The position numbers and the translations under genes are program-made. Shown piece after piece: positions 13,040-27,422 of a stretch of DNA of 64,000 nt (position 1 is the first letter of the stretch; each line of letters begins with the position of its first letter). Below the pieces are notes generated by a model. It worked only from the letters and a program-made list of their open reading frames with translations. It had not been told where the DNA came from and made no database searches. This stretch comes from Dicyema japonicum (Eukaryota; Animalia; Dicyemida). The DNA is taken from positions 229,834-293,833 of the forward strand of contig RDEW01000022.1 of NCBI GenBank assembly GCA_011109175.1. The letters run 5' to 3'.

Positions 13040-14953
13040 GTCCCAGAAGAAACTCAGCGTCGTTTGTCAAATAATCGAATATAGCTACAGGCACTTCGCA
13101 TGAGCTAGACCACGTGCACGTTCCTTTTCCAAAAAATTATTTACTGATATATTTATTGCTTATCTAGCAGATATTTTCCATAAAATCAATCAAGTAAATC
13201 CTTGCTTGCAAGGAAACAATACTAATTTAATAAATGTAAAAGGAATTATAGGCCTTTATTGAAAAATTTATGCTTTATGAAAACAATATTAAAAAAAATT
13301 TATTAATTTCAGAAAATTTGAAATTTTTTTGATTGGTATTTGAAGCTGAAACGTTAATATATCTCTAGACATAACAGAAAATATATTAAATGTGAAATAT
13401 GACTTTGAAGCTAAAGTAATATACAGCAAATATGGATATCAACAATTCTTGGTTATTTATAGAAAAAATATCCTCAATTGTGGAATGAAATCGAAACGCT
13501 TATAATTGCATTTCCTACAACATATTTTGTCCAAAAAATAGATAAATTACAAATTGTGAATAGAGGAGATTTGAGACTAAGTCTGTCAACTATTGACATA
13601 AAGGGATTGACAAATTCTCATCAAGCACAAGGCAGTCACTAAAATTGTTTTTATATAACAAAAAAAGTTTTGTTTGTGAATAAACTTTTAATTTTAAAAA
13701 TAATTAGTAATATTTGATAATATTAAAATTTGGTCGGTTGGCATAGCACTCTAATGATGAAAAAACAGTTTCGACGTACAATTTGAAAAAAATGGCCAAA
13801 TAAATCCTAATTTTAAAAAATTTAAATTTTTATCCCCTTCGACGAACTTGGTTGGAAACAATGTAAGCTTCCCTCTGGATTTGGGGGTGTCGGTCTAAGA
13901 TCGGCGCTGGAGGTTGCGTACCCGGCGTATCTATCGTCTCTCTCAAGCTGCAGCCATTTGACACGGCAAGTCCTTCATAACACTATTGGACTTCGCTGGA
14001 ATGAGTAATTTGACGAAGCTTGTCGGAAATGGAACGGGGCCGGACTCAAAATCCCCAAAGACACAACAAAGCAAAATAATTGGGATAACATTGTCTGCTC
14101 TAAAATTTTGGAAGACCTTAAAAAAGAAGCAAATCAACATCGTCTAGCATGTTTGGTGTCAGCTTCAAGTAGAGGGAGTGGAGCATGACTTAGTGCAATA
14201 CCTTGCCCAAACCTCGGGACCTTTTTGGACGACGATTCTTTGAGGATTGGAATCGGACAAAGGCAGGGACTAGACGTTTGCCAGGAGCACCAATGCCGAT
14301 GCGGGAAAACAGTCGATGCGAAGGGATTGCACCAGCTGTCCTGCATAAGAAGCGCCGGAAGGGGACCAAGTTATGCTGCTCTGAACGATGTGATCGTCAG
14401 AGCTCTGAAGGCTACAGGCTTCCCAGCACAGCTTGAACCAGTGGGTCTTGATCGAGGAGATGAAAGAAACCTGACGGGACAGTGGGTCTTGATCGACCCT
14501 TTTCCCCTTCACTTCTGGAAGATCTTTGGTCTGGGACGCAACCTGTGTAGACACGTTCTCAAGCCCGAATATTTTCAAATCGGTTCAGACACCTGGAGCA
14601 GCTGCTTCGATTGCGGAGAACCTAAAAATCAAGAAATATTCTTGCCTCGGGGATCGCTACCGATTTACTCCTGTTGCAACCGAATCATCGGGAGCCGTTG
14701 GTCCAATGACGGCTGAGTCCTTGCGAGAACTCGGAGGATTGCTTGCCAGAAAGAACAGGGATCAACGAGAAGGGATATGGCTAATACAAAAGATTGGAAT
14801 GGCCATACTCCGAGGGAACTCGTTCGCAGTCCACGCAGCAGGCTTCCTCAATTGACATTTGTTTAATTGTTAAAAAAATTATTTTGTTAAAAAATAAATA
14901 ATTAAATTAAATCTTAAGGGAACGCTGACTTAAAAAAGGTTAAGAACCAACTG
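13040..14953 (+). mobile_element. hAT/Buster transposase 3' remnant with right TIR, interrupted by a CRE-like insertion
   Basis: KYPQLW, AFPTTY and RGDLRLSLST...HQAQGSH* (stop at 13642); TIR-like ggttaagaaccaactg ending at 14953. Confidence 0.8.
13838..14900 (+). mobile_element. CRE-like non-LTR retrotransposon, 3' kb (zinc knuckle and restriction-like endonuclease)
   Basis: CxCG...[36 protein letters not shown]; A-rich tail. Confidence 0.9.
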
Positions 14954-15199
14954 ATTTAAATGGATGCATATTGTAAGTCCGTCAGTTTTGAACTTAGGAC
15001 GCACGATAGTGGGGTCATCAACTGGATAATTAACAATTTAAGTTCTTTTTGGTTGAATTGGTGCCGTGGTTCTAAAATAAAATTGCTCTCTTCTTATGAT
15101 TTGACTAAACTCTTCGCATTGGCGTCATTCATTATTCGAGGCTTTAAAGAGAGATGAAAAAAGATAGACTTGAGCAGAAACAAACAGCTTACAAGATTA

Positions 15200-17790
15200 T
15201 CATATGCTCTACCCAAGAGACTAAAGTAAGGGAGTCCAGGAGAACTATGGAGAATTTAGTCTTTACTACTAAACTCTGAATGCAAAAACTAGCTTTACTC
15301 AAGATAAAAACCTTGAAGGTCGATAGATCCCTTATTTATATTATGTGTGCGTTCCTAGTATGTCAAGAGCCTCTAAAAACACCGATGAATTGAATTCATT
15401 CAACATGTAATTAACTGACACTATCTCTGGTCTCAAATCATCGTTCATCACATTTTTATTTGGTGGCTGGAACGCAACGACAGGTAGCATGGAATGGCCA
15501 TAAGCCTATTTCTTCAAAAATTATCGGGAGTTCCTTTGTGAATAGCCAGTTAGACCAGTGAGAACTATAGTTTGGAGAATAAACAGGATATGCGAGCTTT
15601 GGACGTTGACGGACACCCTTATATGCTCAAACCAGTCCGCCTTTGCAGACGTGACGGGAAATGATACGATGGGATGATTATCTTTCCCTTTGAATCTGGG
15701 AAACCTCTTGTCTGGATGTCACCTGCACCGACACATTCGCCTCTTGCTACATACATCAGAGTGCCACTGTAGGCTGTTCCGCCGCTAAGAGATGTCTTTA
15801 AATATTCCAAACAAAATTTATAAAAAATTAATTCGGTTTTCTAAAAGCAAATTTTATCACGTTTTCCAGGTCCTCGTCAAGCAAGGAAGCTTTCTATACA
15901 CCTTTGTGGAGAAACCAAGAACTATTTGGGATATCGCAGTGACCATATACGACAAGAACTGGTCTTGAACCTAGTGCCGGATATCATTGAAGACGTTATC
16001 ATCAAAAATGACACAATCGACAATAAATGTAAAAGAACCTTCAAGGATGGACGAAGGTACCTAGGACAAAAAATGAAATGGAAAATATTAACCGTGATCT
16101 AATAATACTTACGGCTATATGTAAATAAAATATTCTCTAATGGAAACAGTAATATATTTCACCTATAACCTTGTAACTAATTAAAGAAAGAAATCGCTTG
16201 AGAATGAAGCTAAAACAGTGTGTGGATTGGATGGACCTAATGATGCTTACAGAACGACTTAGATAACTAAAAAAGCCATTGAAGAGAGATGGGAAATGGA
16301 TATGGGGCACAAATGGAGGGACGAGGCAACCAAATTGGACGCCAAAAATCCTTCAATCTGGAAAGTTTACAAGAGACTTACTGGCCACAATATCTACGCT
16401 AAGAAATTGTCTTGGATAATATGGATGGGCCCATGCAGTTTTCAAGAACCAACTGGATAGAATTCAAGGAATCACCCAATGTCCTTAATTCCGTGCGACC
16501 AGATGGCTGCCACATTAGAACTCTTCAGATACTGACTGGATGACCTCAAGGAAGTTGAGAGGAAAATTACCCTTGAGGAGATCAAGACAGCAGTTAAAGC
16601 ATGCAAAGCCAATGCTCTTGGTTTTGATCTCGTCAGCATGAAAATGTTCAAAAAGGACCGAAGGCCTTGCTGCTCGTTTTACAAATTTTATTCAAGGCAA
16701 CTATAGAGTATGGATATATCCCAATATGGAGGAAGAACTCTACTGTCAGAATGGTTCTCAAACCAGGAAAGACGAGGAGGGACCATATCAATTGTAGTTG
16801 ATCAGTCTTATATTCTCGATATCCAAGATCATTGAGCGAATTATCCTTAAGAAGTTGTGTCGGCATATAGAAGAGAACGGTTTCCTCCTCGCAGAAAAAT
16901 GGAGTTTCAGACCAGGAAAATTCTGCACTGATTACATATACCAAATGTATATGAATGTGTTAAGAGGAATAAAATACAAAAGACAGTTGAACGTAATGTG
17001 ATTGATATTTCCAAGGACTTCGATAGTGTGTGGCATGATGACCTCCTAGCAAGGTTCGTGTCAGCGGATATCACAAGATACCTATTCGTATGGCTAGGAG
17101 ATTTCCTAACCGGGCCGATATCTAAAGTGCGTATTGGAAAATTCGTATCTGAAGATATTTAACTCACAAGAGACGTTCCGCAGGGTTCTGTCCTAAGCTC
17201 ATTAACATATTCATGTTCGACTTACCGATCCCATCGGATCCTAATTCAAAACTACAAATACTGATGATATTTAATAATGGACATGTCTGGCAAATCAACT
17301 TTATCATAGAGGAGGTTCAAGAAATATATTAATTACGTTCAAGACAGGCCCAGAGAGGAATGAAACTCTCGATGGAAAAGTCGAACTCTTTAAGAATTAG
17401 CAGTATCAGAAGTCATCATGGCCGGCCATAAGTGCTTAGAGTGCCAAGAGTACGTTTGTCCCTCAATCTAGGTGCTACGATTAATCATAAAGGCTCATTT
17501 CTGGATGATGTTAAACTAAGGAAAAAAAGTGGTACAGGCACTTCTCTGCACGCGAAAACTGGGTGTCAGCACTGGGACGTTCTTTCTCATATTTATGAGA
17601 ATCATTTTGCCGAAATTGTTATACGGTTGTGAAACGTGGTATTTTAATTTCTACACCGCATCAGATTCATCAGACTGATCTCTGGAGCGCCACATAAGCT
17701 GAGACAATGTAACATTAACTTTTTGTGCAATAGAACTACTCTATAAGCTCAACCTAAGGAACGTTTAACTGGCAAATAATAATAAAATAT
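15200..17790 (+). mobile_element. Degenerate Jockey/I-like LINE (APE and RT remnants) with a small CRE fragment at ~15590-15810
   Basis: LKPGK, ISKIIERIILK, FRPGK, DISKDFDSVWHD, VPQGSVLS; many stops and frameshifts. Confidence 0.75.
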
Positions 17791-17829
17791 ATAAAATTAT
17801 TACAAAGACTAACAGTGAAGTCAAACTAA

Positions 17830-18930
17830 TTGATTCCTTGATCCTGACGCGTTCCAGCAGAACCTTTACCTAGAACAGTGATCCAGAGGATACTGTCTGG
17901 ATATCTGAGGTCAATTCCAGAACTCGTCGCCAGGGAACGAAATTGTTCCCGATGGAAAGAATAATTGGATCTTTTTGAATGCCGGCCAGGTATTTGGTGA
18001 CCGAAAATATGGAATGTGAAATTATTCCCCTTCGTCGTCGTTGAGGAAGTTTGCAATCCAATTTTTCAAGTTGTTTGGAATGTTAGAGCCATAAATCTTC
18101 ATAGTGAGTAATTTCCTTCGAATCGAGTCAAAAGCATTCTGTATGTCAATGGATCACATAATGGTTTTTTGATGACGAGGTTTGCATTTTAGGCCTTCTT
18201 TGATGAATTTCGTCAAGCAAGTAAGGTGATTAGTTATAGAGCGACCCTTTTTAAAATCAAGTTGGAAGGATACGTCTGGATGTACGGTTTAATCTGATCG
18301 AGAATGAGTTTTTCCAGGAAATTTGAGGTGGCAAATAGAAGGAATATTGGTCTGTATGAAACCGGTGAGTCCTTCTGTCGTTCAGGTTTTGTGTCTGAAT
18401 CCTTGTAGCGATAACAATGTCATCGGCATAAGTAAGGAAAATTGAGTTTGGAGTGGTCGGAATGCTACTCAGGTGGAGGTTGAAGGCATTTGTTAAATTA
18501 ATGTTTATTATTATTAAGCAATCTCGAGAAAACATAAAATTAGTTAAGTTTCCCTTGTGCCGTATTCCGAATCATCCTCTCCGTCAGCTTCGACCATGAT
18601 CCTTGTTGCGCACTAGTTCTCTTAGGTAGTCCAGGTCGTCCGCCATTCCCATTATAGTATCAGACGATGTTCACACCCTTGTAACGTAGTGAATCAGGTC
18701 CTGATGGACTGCAAATCCGAGACCATAATGTAGGCAGGCCGATGGGAGTATAAAAAGGTGGAATTTTCCAACAGTTTTGTACATTGTACTGTCGTTTTTG
18801 TCTTTTGTAGACAACAGACAGAGACGTCATATTTGGTTAGATCGCATACCAGTTGGTGTTTCTTGCAAGGTTGTATAAGTCCTCTGCAATTGAAAGATCC
18901 CAGAGAGAACGGAGAAGTCGGTAAGGAATA
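17830..18930 (-). mobile_element. Rearranged LINE RT fragments
   Basis: TYADDIVIA, DIQNAFDSIRR and RRRRG remnants; AT-rich tail near 18505. Confidence 0.7.
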
Positions 18931-18949
18931 CTAAATTAATGTTAATATC

Positions 18950-19985
18950 TTTATTACGAGGAAACTCCTAACGCAAAATATTTTTAACTCGAACTTACAC
19001 CCAAACATCAAGCCATATCTGGAAAACTTCTTAACTGGACGACGCGGAAGGGTCCGTATTGACAAAACCACTTCAAAATCAAGACTACTCCCCAATGGAG
19101 TCCCGCAAGACTCCCCTTTATCTCTTCTCCTTTTCAACCTATTTCTACATGACATACCTACTACCAATGACCAGGACACTATGTTACTATCCTATGCGGA
19201 CGACCTAATTATCGCTGCAAGAAATAAATCTTTTTCCATGGCTGTAGCAACTGTTTAGACACACATAGATTAAATTTGTGACTGGCTATCTGCAAATACG
19301 TTATGCGTATCAGCATCCAAGTTTCAGTTCACATTATTCACTACGGACAAAAAGTTTAATGGTGGGCTTGAGATATCCATCGGAAACATTCCCATCCCTT
19401 CCACGCGGACCCTATCGACTCTCTGTTGACGTTCTCGAGTCACGTGGAGGAGGTGCTCGCCAAGGGTCTACGGAAATGGAATATTCTGAATGCGATGATA
19501 AAGAAGAGCCCTTTCCCCCTGGCCGACTGCATCTGCAAGGTCTATCAACAAGTAATCATACCGACCATTGAATATGCCTGCTCCGCCTAGAGGTTTGCGA
19601 TTCCCCCTTCGAAAGTGGACCGTTTGAACTCCCACAGGCGGAGAATTATGCACCGCACGGACATCCCCATTGGCGACCTTGTTTCTGATGAGGCAACGTT
19701 GAAAAAATGGCCAGGGTTTTCTACGTCTCTGCAAGGAACTGGGAAACCCATTCAAGGGAAAGGTGGCCCATGCAGAGGAATTTCTGTCGGTAATAAAAAA
19801 AGTGCACACCGATCGAATTCCTTTGCAGAAGCAAGAGAAGACGCTTCCGGAGTGCGGTTGGATCATCAGAAGACCAATTGAAGAGAGTCCGGATGATGCT
19901 GGAAGCTGGGATCACCTAACTAGTTAGTTTTGACCTATCTTTCCTGGTGGTCTTAGAATTAAATAAATAATAAATAAATAAAAGT
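18950..19985 (+). mobile_element. 5'-truncated LINE
   Basis: ENFLTGRRG, NGVPQDSPLS, YADD; ends MMLEAGIT* with stem GGGATCACC/GGTGGTCTT and (TAAA) tail. Confidence 0.85.
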
Positions 19986-19989
19986 AGAT

Positions 19990-20312
19990 AACACCCTATG
20001 TCGAGCTGCGAATACCATAATGAACATCGTGAAGCTGAACAATATTCTACCCAGTCCCTTTGAACACCTTATCAAGCAAAACGGCAAGAGTTTCTTTAAC
20101 CCTCTGTCGTCGACAGACCGTACTGTGTCAAGCAATTTCCAGAAGCACATCACCCCAATCGGCTTTCTCACGAACACTGTTCCCCGCCCGTACCATGACT
20201 GTGTTGGGTCAAAAGTCCAACACCGGGAGAAGCTGAGAAAGCTCATCAGAATTGTAGGGATCACCTAATTAATTTCAAGAGATTAACTATTGGTGTTTTT
20301 GGGTTATTATTA
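19990..20312 (+). mobile_element. LINE 3' end fragment
   Basis: RPYHDCVGS...LIRIVGIT* followed by the family stem-loop and tail. Confidence 0.75.
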
Positions 20313-22269
20313 TCAATAGCACTTTCGAAGAACCAAAAAAGTAATTTATTTAATTAAGGTTCCGCTTGTCCCGTATTTTTCTTCAGGTTATTCTTTCTCC
20401 CACAGTTCTCTTAACTAACTTCCTCCATGCTCTACGGTTACTGGCAATGATTCTGAGCATTTCCAAATCGTCTCCTGTTTTCAGCTTTCGTCCTACATTG
20501 GTCAGATCCTTGTGTAGAACCTCTGGCAAAGTTATGCGAGGTCTTCCACGGGTTAATGATAATAGAATGATATGTTATAAATTTTCCCTTCACAATAAAA
20601 TATCTAAAGAAATTAGATTACATTTTACTTACATTTTGGCAAACTATAAATGCACATGAGAATTAAACACGAGTCCTCGATGGTTAGCCTTAATTAAACA
20701 GCATTGTTTGCAACCGTGGGACGTTATGTCCAAAAATGCAAGCTCAAGCTGACTTCCTCAGATGGTTATAAGTGTCCCATTTATGTTTGTAAGGACTGCA
20801 ATAAAGTCTTCAATCTCCGCCAATATCTGTCTATCCACTCTAAGAGGAAACTACATCAAAGGAAGATATTTTACTAAACCCCATTCAGCGGGTAATTTTG
20901 ATAGTTTCTATTCGGGTTATGTGGACCACTTGGAAGGATTTTTTAATGTGGGTGTACAGAACTTCCAGCCATATAATATAACACGTGTTGTCTGTACACA
21001 GAGTTATCTCACCTATGGACAGGGTTTTGATTCATTGGAAGACTTTGAATGCCCATTTTAAAGGGGCCCAGTGATTGGGTGACATTATAAAACTGCTGAA
21101 AATCAAACTATGCTATTATGACTTGGATTATTTCTAATAGATTATATTTGTTTCTATCACTGAGGACTTGTTTGTTTAATAAGGCTGATTTTGCTTGTGA
21201 TGATTTTTGTTTGTAATCAATGGTGGATTATTTATGAGGGTCGCCAATCTAAATAAGACAAAGCAAATGATGTATTAGCCGACCTAAATGAAACATAATT
21301 ATTCAATTTATTCTGTGATCTGAATGTGATAAACTTATTTTATGATGCAATCAAATATCCAAGTGGGACTTATCAGAATGAGATATTCGTCGATATAAGT
21401 AAGACATAAACGATATAACTAGACATTTATTGTCTAGATGAGACATATCTATCAAAATTAGAAAATTATTTCCCTATTTGTTCATTTGAGGTGAGACGTC
21501 AGCAATCCTTAGTTAAAAAGCGGACGATCTTGTCCGAATAGATCTTCAATCACAAGATGCGTATCTTAAAAAATAATCTTGAATTACAAGGAGCGTATCT
21601 TATTACAGCTGAAGCTTTTGTAGGTTTACTACTGGAAGTTTCTTGGCGACTACCTGCAGTTTTTGTTAATTGAAAAGACGTTAGAAACTCAATAAATTTA
21701 AAAGCTCAAACTCCCGTTAATCCAGATAACATAAACCAATTGAGAACATCTACTGAATAACGATAACTCACACCAATGAACTGTTTTTTTATACTACAAT
21801 GAAGACAGTGTGACACATCCATTACTTTTACAACAAATAACTCTGATGAAGGATTCTTTTAATTCTAAGAAATATCTCGGTGGACAGTTAATTTTTGAAC
21901 CAGTTGCCATGGAACATCAGGAGTACCAAGAAGCGGATCACTGACTGTGCTGAGCAGTATTGGAAGGAAAAAAGATAAAAGAGAAAGGAGCTGGCTTATT
22001 GAGTGTATTTCCTTACAAATCTTCAACTTACTGAAGAAATAAAAAGGAATATATCTTCCATTGGCGAAACATAACATCACATTAACGTTGGTACCACTTG
22101 GCTCTGATTTCTTCTACTCCCCGTTTTTAGATAATTTTGTAGGATGAATCACGGAATTATATAAGGTTCTGAAATTAGTGCTAGACTATATTGTCTTATT
22201 TTATAGCAAAAGATTCGGTGATGATTTATGTATTTTGTTGACAATTTGTTTCTTATGTCGATAGATTAA

Positions 22270-24778
22270 CCCTTTCAAACCTTGCCATGACAGTTACTCA
22301 CCAAGAGTGTCAAAATTGTTTGCACTCTTCCTGCAGGAGAGAGGATGTAGGCCAAAACAGTCGATCTTGTTTCCGCATCAGCAAGGATGTGGAACACAGA
22401 CTTTTAATCCCAGTCGCAATGAGATCCTAATACGGACGATTCATCATCCAGGAAGGTACCCAGAACTTCTTTGGGAAAGGCGTCGAGCCAGGCACCCCTC
22501 TCGGAAGACGCCCCCGACAACAAACAGGCACGGCGATGTTGGCTAGATGACACTAGAAAGTCCAAGCCCTGCTGAGAGAACGAGGAAGGCAAGGAAAGTT
22601 GACAAGTGCGACTCCAGGCCTCACGAGCATGGCCGGCGTCCTTGTCAATAGAGAATTCAAGTATAGAGTGTAGAATCCTCTTGACATGGGAGTTACAGGT
22701 CACTAGCGATAATAGGTATGAAGGGAGAGAAAGGTCCACAGGGTTCCGAATTCCAAGTCCTCAGAGTCTCAATGGCAGCGTAGCTTGCTTCCATGAGAAA
22801 TCCTCGAACCGGACGTTGAAGATACGTTCCGATGTCGTACGGAAGATCTCGTTAATATGTGCGGGTTGGTTATACAGGGTGAAATAGGGAGCAGTCCTCA
22901 GGACATATGCAAGCCTCTGTACGTTGAGACTGTTTTTCAGGAGGAATAGTGCTGTATGCATGTCAAGTAGATACGAGCGGTTTAGAGTCTCTTCGAGTAA
23001 CAGCCGTTTATCACGTATAGCTCTTCCCATTGCATTTTTGGTGATCGGGGATCCGAGGAATATAAATTCTTCATCAGGTGTGGAAATACTTCCAGGCAGT
23101 AAATTTCGAAACATGACAAAGCTTTTTAATACTTCTTTTCTGAAAGTCCGCAATTGTAATTTCGCATTTAGTGTAATTTAATTTTAGTCCAGCTTCTAAC
23201 AGTGCTGGAATTATCGCTTCCAAATCCCGGAAAGCAGATCCGGGAGTCATCCGGGGACCGCATCATCCAGATACCATAGGTTGAGGGATTTTCTTTATTG
23301 CAAGACAAAACAATAGGGGTCCAATGGGATCTCCTATTGGACTCCAGAATAGAATGGATTAGGTAGTCTCCGAAAAGTAAGGATGAAGGTAGGCTGTATG
23401 ACTGATTCACAAATTGAAAATATTAGGGCATCTCTCAACACACGTCTCCAGGATATTGTCCCTCCTTAGACTATTGAAGGCGTTCTTGATGTCCAGTTTG
23501 ACCAGGACATGTCCCGGGAATCTTCTATACTGCGGTTTATGAATGTCCTCACTGAATGGACAGCGGCCTCGCATCCCAAGCGAATACCGACGCCTACTTG
23601 AGGGGAGTTCAAGAATTTTGTGACGAGTGGAATAGAATGTCTGGAGGCAATTTTAGCAGCCAGTCTTCTGAAGACAAACCCGACCGTCGTACTCCGCCTT
23701 CCTTTTATCAAAGACTATCAAATTGACGGAGAATAGGACATGTCGGATAACTTCGGGAAGAACTCCAGACATGATTCGATTCATAAGTGAAGTAATTGAA
23801 TTCGTAAGACGAAGTCCCTGGTCTTTTACGAACAAAGAGGTTAGATCCTTCAGGTAGCCAGGTCTCATTCCGTCGAGCCCACCACTGCTAATAGGGCAAA
23901 TTCCGTATTGCGAGGAGAACTTTATCGTTTGATGCAATCAGGGGACTCACTCCGGATGGGGGAGCGACTTGACGTAGGTTAAAGGGTGGCAGTGGATGCT
24001 TGTTCAGTAAAATATTTTAGGCGTCTGGAGTCTGTTTTTGTAGTCCACTCAAGGAAAGTGCCCTGATGGCTGCGCGGGTGCCATTAATTTCGACCGGACA
24101 GTTCTCTTGAGACGGAGCACTTCGACTTCCTCGTTATGACCACGTGTCTCCCTCGCACGGTTAGAAGCCATGTGATAACTGGGGATGTGGATACCTTCAA
24201 AAAAGAACGAATGTTGGTCCTCATGGTGGTAACGAGAGACTCCTTTCAGTGACCATTTCGATCAAATCCCAGTGCGGAAGGCCCAAAACTGAATAAGCGC
24301 ATCCATTCATGTACTGCGTGAGTCCGGATGGCATCTTCGATCGTTTTCGAAAGGGTCTCCACAGCGACAGGTCGTACGGCCTTGGGAATCCTCACAGGGA
24401 TAGTCCACGAAGAACGTAATTTAGAGATAAGACGTAGGAATGTTTCAGGGTCCGTGGTTGATGGGTAATTAACGAGAGAGTTAACATTGACACGGGAACG
24501 GGGAACCTCTCTGCATAGGCCGAAGCATGACTGGCAGTGCCATACTCCAAGCACCTTCGCTGCTACTTGAGATAGATTGATACACCTGAGGTGGAAGAAA
24601 TCTCCACAAGCAGAGCATGAGATCCCACGCTTCCAAGTTCTGACTAGCCGACATGACGAACACATCTCAGTTGACTTGGCTGGTATCTTTTTCTTCAAAG
24701 TGGGGACATTTTTTTCAGGTGCTTTTCTCACAACAGGCATATTCACAACAACGACCGTCCACAGCAACACGCGCCCTA
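22270..24778 (-). mobile_element. Near full-length degenerate CRE-like retrotransposon with N-terminal PHD finger and RT
   Basis: C4HC3 pattern in ORF 24246-24770; SGGLDGMRP, VFRRLAAK, QVGVG..LGCEAAVH, FLGSPI, WKQATLP, GAWLDAFP. Confidence 0.9.
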
Positions 24779-24795
24779 TAAAAAATATTTTATAA

Positions 24796-25250
24796 ATGTG
24801 TGATAAAAAAGTAAAACAACGTATATATTCGGATGAATACTTAAAATTTGGAGTAATACCCTACGAGCATAACAAATAACTTCCTATGTGTCTATGTTTA
24901 AAAAGGTCAATACAAATGAAGCCCACAAGAATTTCAAATCATTTTAAGATTTTTTCATCCTGAGAAACTTGATGCAGATGTTAATTAGTTTCTAGTCTGA
25001 AATATAATTATGAAAATCGTCTTATGATTAATCAAATATTTACCAAAAATTCTAAGATTTTTGAAAAAAGCCTATTAGCACCATACAAAATATCGCAATT
25101 GATAGCAAAATCAAGAGAAGAGAGTCCTTAATATAACTGTCAAAGAAATATTTGATCTAATGGTTGATTGCGATTCTGATTAAATAAATAAATCAATTCC
25201 TCTCAGCAATAGTTCTGTCTCCTCCAGAATTGATGAAATGCAAAAAAATT
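24796..25250 (+). mobile_element. hAT/Buster transposase N-terminal remnant
   Basis: RIYSDEYLKFG...LPMCL, YKISQLIAKS, IPLSNSSVSSRIDEM. Confidence 0.8.
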
Positions 25251-25459
25251 TAAGAAAATTAAATTTTATTAACTAATTTTAATGTGAGAATTGAATCTGC
25301 TTTCCTTCTATTCTTTCAAAACAGGGACTCAGTTAGATGACGGCGTAAGTAAGAGTTGCACAAGATGTTCATTAGCTAACTCCTAGTTCAGTCTCTAATC
25401 AAGTTATGTTGGAATGAAAACAACTTTAAAAAGAGTATCAATCCTACATATATAATAAT

Positions 25460-27040
25460 TGATCTAATTATTATTATTACCCCAGGATCACTGGGTCAAA
25501 GAGAAAGAAATAAAAGTTCTCATCTAACTAAGTGATCCAGGCCGACAAAGGTGAGGACGAGTCCGGCGGGGTCGAGAATCCTGAACAGCTCTTCTCATAG
25601 ACATGGCATCGGCTCACAATTTCTGTATGATTGTAGATAATTCGATAGTATTTAGAATAGAGGGCAGCTCGGTAGAACAGCCTCCTTTAATAGTTTTCGT
25701 TGTATTTCAATTAAAAAATTTTCAATAGGTTGGATGTTGTGATCTGGTCCAATTAACCTCATTGCAGTCTCCTCGATTGCAGATAACTTCAATGTGGAAG
25801 ATCGTGACATTTGCATTGCCCATGAAGGACTTGCATACGTCATCGTTGGTCGGATGAATTGTTTGTATATCGTGGCAAGGATCCCAGTTTGATCTCTAAA
25901 TATTTTTGAGAGCACTTTTAAAATTCTTAATTTTTTCAGAGCAGAAGTTACTCTGTTTTCAACATGCCGGATAAAGGTGAGTCCCTGATCAAAGGTTACT
26001 CCCAGAATCTTCGGTGTTTTGTTAATAGAGATAGCTTCGTTCTTCATAAAGACTTTTGGTTCGATACAGAGCTGTCTCTTGTAGGTGGTAAACAGTGTGA
26101 CAAAGGACTTTGCTGCTGATTTGTCAAGTCTCCGCTTCGAGAGCCATAGTTCCAAGTTATCGAGCATTTGTTGAGCCAACTGAGTCGCTGATTGAATGTT
26201 TCTGTCCTTGGAGGCAAGAATGATATCGTCGGCATAGGAGAGGATTAGACAGTTTTCATTACAGGTTTGTGGCATGTCGTTTATGTAGAGATTGAAGAGT
26301 TGGGATGATAGTGGGTAGCCTTGAGGGACTCCATTTGGAATAGCGAGATCTTGATTTGATGTTGTTGCAGAGTACTTGTGCTCGTCTTCCATTTAGGAAG
26401 TTTCCAAACCAAAGTTTCAAGTTCGGATGGATGTTTGTTTCGTATATTTTCTTTGTTAGAGTTTCCTAGGACTGAGTCGAACGCTTTTGTGATGTCCACG
26501 GATATAAGTACTGTCCTCTGATGGGGTTTGGGGGAGTTAAATCCTTCCGCAATGTTGTTGTCGAATGGTTGTCCCGGAATCCGTGCTGGGTCGGAGGTAT
26601 TTTATCAGAGTGTCTGGTTTTATGTAGACTTCGATTTTTCTCTCTGGGGAGGATCTTTTGATGTTTTGATCCACTTCCACACTCTTTGCATTGGGGGGTT
26701 TTTGTAGAGAGCTTTCGATAGTCTCGTCCATCTATTTGCATTTTCTGTCTTTGTGTTGTTGTCGATCTTTCTGTTCAATTCTCGTATTTTCCTGATGTTC
26801 TCTTCTGTTGGCGATTTTACCATCTTAAGATTATTTCGTTCTCTGATCAGATGTTTCGTCGTTGTTGTTAAAACGTTTTGATGACGTTGGTTGTCTCCCC
26901 ATAGGAATGTACTTCTTTTTCGGATCGTTTATAATGGAGTTGAACCATTTCACTAATTGGGGAAATTTAATAGTCCAATACAATTATCGACGTATTCCTT
27001 GAATCCTTTACAATTCGCAAGGCTGTAGTTAGTTATTGTT
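25460..27040 (-). mobile_element. APE-type LINE (RT and C-terminus) with internal deletions
   Basis: QHGFR, DITKAFDSV, NGVPQG, YADD, ILGVTFD, YASPSW; 3' stem GGATCAC/GTGATCC then TGGGG and (TAA)n. Confidence 0.9.
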
Positions 27041-27422
27041 GGGCATTGAGAATCGAGTAGACAATACGATACGTTTGGTACGACTGTAGTGAAAAACAAA
27101 AAGACAGTTTCGCTCACTTCTCAAAATTTCTTCAAGTAGGTTCAAACGGACAAACTCCAAAGACCTCATGGTCATTGAACTTAGAATAATTAAAACAAAT
27201 AGTTAATATAGTTACAGTTTTCATGACTAGCGACGGAATTGTCTCAAAATTCTTTAAAGGTCGTCTGGAAGTCATAACGCAAACCGTGATAAGTCGAGTT
27301 AATGAGCACACAGGAGCATAAACAATATCAGTAATATCTTATGGAGGATCATCTTTCATAATATAACAAATTACATAATTATTCCCGACCAGATATCTGA
27401 ATTTTGGGAGTTGGTTTTAGAG

